Assembly: GCF_009914755.1 (NCBI RefSeq)
Contig: NC_060929.1
Length of the DNA stretch: 64,000 bases
Direction: 5' to 3' (one strand)
Source: the human T2T-CHM13v2.0 reference genome, Homo sapiens
Shown: positions 61,391-64,000 of the stretch, piece after piece
Layout of the letters: every line of letters begins with the position of its first letter
Position numbering within the stretch: position 1 is the first letter of the stretch
Program-made: the position numbers and the translations under genes
The notes under the pieces: generated by a model
Database searches by the model: none
Told to the model about the DNA's origin: nothing
The model's input: the letters and a program-made list of their open reading frames with translations, nothing else

Positions 61391-63522
61391 GAGAGTGAAA
61401 TTTCTTTGGTCTAGGAGAATCTGCCCAAGCCCCTCATTCCTTTTCCATGTAGGTTTCCAAGTGATTCTGGATGGACCGTTAGGCCTGATTGTCCCCAGAA
61501 GCCTCGGATGGGGCAGGAGGCAGGGCTGGGAGGCACACTGGGTGGGGCACTCTGCAACTCTCTCCACTGTTAGATACAGTCCCCTGAGGTCTCAGAGCTT
61601 CTCCAGAACCCAGGGGAACCCCCAGCGCCACCAAAGCACCCACCTTGCCTCTTGCAACAGGCCTTATAGCATGAGAAGAGTGATGTGGCTCATGCTGGCA
61701 CATCATGTATGACCCCAGTCACAGTTTTTGTGGTGTGCAAACTTGCCTTTCCTCCAGGCCCCAGGAAAATGTGAAATGCAAATAAATCACCACGCAAATC
61801 TAAAACAAACATCAGCTCCAGAGCTGTTTTATGAAGGCAGAAGGAATCGCAGGCCCTGAGTGGTCCAGCAGGCCCCACTCTCTCTGGGTCATGGTGGGCA
61901 GGTGGGCCCAAGCCAGAGCCATGCTGGGATGGCACCCTGTCTCCAGCTACAGGTGGCCCAGGAACCTCAGGCATGGAGCTGCCAGTGCCCAGAAAGGCTA
62001 CAGGAGAATTTACGGCGCAGATGGAGAATGGGGCCTGCCCTTAGTATCTAGTCCCTGGACAGCCCATCTCTTTCACCCAGGAATCTCTGTCTCCTGGTTG
62101 TTGCTCTTCTCACTGGGATGTGCAAATAACCTCCTGGCAGCCTTGGTCTCTCTCTTACCTCTGTCAGTTCCAGTCCGAAGGCCTAGCTCAGGTCACATCC
62201 CTCTGACTCAGATACACTTTAATTACAAACTCCTCAGTCTGTCATTTAAGGCTTCACCCACTACGGTACCAATTCACCACTCACCAGTCCTTCAGATCAT
62301 CATCCCCCAGCCATGTATGTGCCCATCCTTTTTATAGTCTCCCTGCAAAGCTCTCCCATCTTCAGGTCCTGGATCTTGCCTTTACCTGGTCCCAAAGCCC
62401 CCTTATGGGGGCATTTGCTGTGATGCTTGGCCCACCTGATCAGGCCCCGCTTTAACACTGTCTCACCTATCAAGTCTTCCTTGACATTCTCTGCCCCCTG
62501 AACCTATGGCCTAAGGGATGGAGCTTTTTACTAGATTTGCATCTTTAATTATAGGAGTGATACATGCTTGTAAAAACATTCCCACATTACAGAAGCATAC
62601 ACAGTAAAATGAGTGTGTGTCATCCCAACTCTCCATTCCCTAGAACTCACTCCAGTTAACAGCTAAACCTACACACAGACCCTTGTTTTACCAGCATGGG
62701 AGGGGCCCTTGGGGACCTTCCGTAACTACTTAAGCTAGCAGTAGCAGAGTAGCGGTGAGGGGTGAGCAGACTTGGTGAAGGTTTTGGAGAGCGGTGACCT
62801 GGGTTGACTCAGAAAGAAAATCCTCAAGGTTGGTCTGTGGGACCCCTTAATTTCTTTTACAAGTCAGTTCAAAGAACAGAGCCCCAGGGAGACATTCCTA
62901 GTTGTGTGGGAATAGTCATTCTGTTCTCCCAAGAGCCAGAAACTCAAGTTCAAAAGGCAACCAGGTCTCTAAAGAATTCCCTTGGCCTAGCACAACCTGT
63001 CACTGCAAGCCCAGGTGGAGCTGAAGTCTGGCAGTCTTAATGGGGTGGTCACTCAGTCAGATGGAGAGAGTCAGAGCTAGAACCTAGGCCTTTTCTTCTC
63101 CAGCCTGGGCCCTTGCCTGTGCCCTGCGGGCCCCTGCCTGTGCCCTGTGGGCCCCTATGTTCTGGCTGGTCATCCTGGAGTACCCCTACCACCAAACAAC
63201 AGAGACCCCTGTGTGCCCTGCTGGCAAAGCAGTGATTCTCTTTACAGTGTGGCCCAGAGAAGAGTCCACCTTCAGAAATAAATGACCCTGCCCTCCTTAG
63301 AATAGGATCTAAGTGAAGAACAGGGCTGTGCAGGCATCTCCTTCATGAGGGACTCCAGCCCATGTTACTAGGGAGTGTGAGGGGCAGGGGACACATGCCT
63401 TCCCCAGATAACCTGAGGGACTACATCCCTCCTCCACACTCCAAGTCAAATATTTATTGAGGCAAGAGAAGAGACTGGAGTGCTCCAAGTTGGGAAGACC
63501 TAACCCCAACTTGGAGATGTGA

Positions 63523-63999
<477 letters not shown>

Positions 64000-64000
64000 T

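Overview
Primate, apparently human, genomic DNA. The gene content matches the 5q31 UBE2B-CDKN2AIPNL locus. The window holds the last two coding exons and 3'UTR of UBE2B (+), the complete 3-exon CDKN2AIPNL gene (-; 116-aa XRN2-binding-domain protein, CDS 23673-23435, 21821-21722, 14743-14732) with its CpG-island promoter, and an RPS10 processed pseudogene inserted in an ERV LTR (34638-35245). It is very dense in Alus, with MaLR/ERV1 LTRs, L1/L2/MIR fragments and hAT MITEs. Nearly all ORFs in the supplied track are Alu or low-complexity artefacts. The main unexplained signal is a series of minus-strand, mostly splice-site-bounded, decayed exon-like segments between about 4.2 and 18.2 kb, in CDKN2AIPNL intron 2 and beyond its 3' end. 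By eye, their translations resemble the dsRNA-binding (DRBM) repeats of the other XTBD paralogues, NKRF and CDKN2AIP/CARF. This suggests CDKN2AIPNL is the truncated survivor of a longer XTBD + multi-dsRBD gene. That is inference from paralogue sequences recalled from memory and needs a tBLASTn/HMM test. Repeat boundaries are approximate and subfamily calls are by eye.
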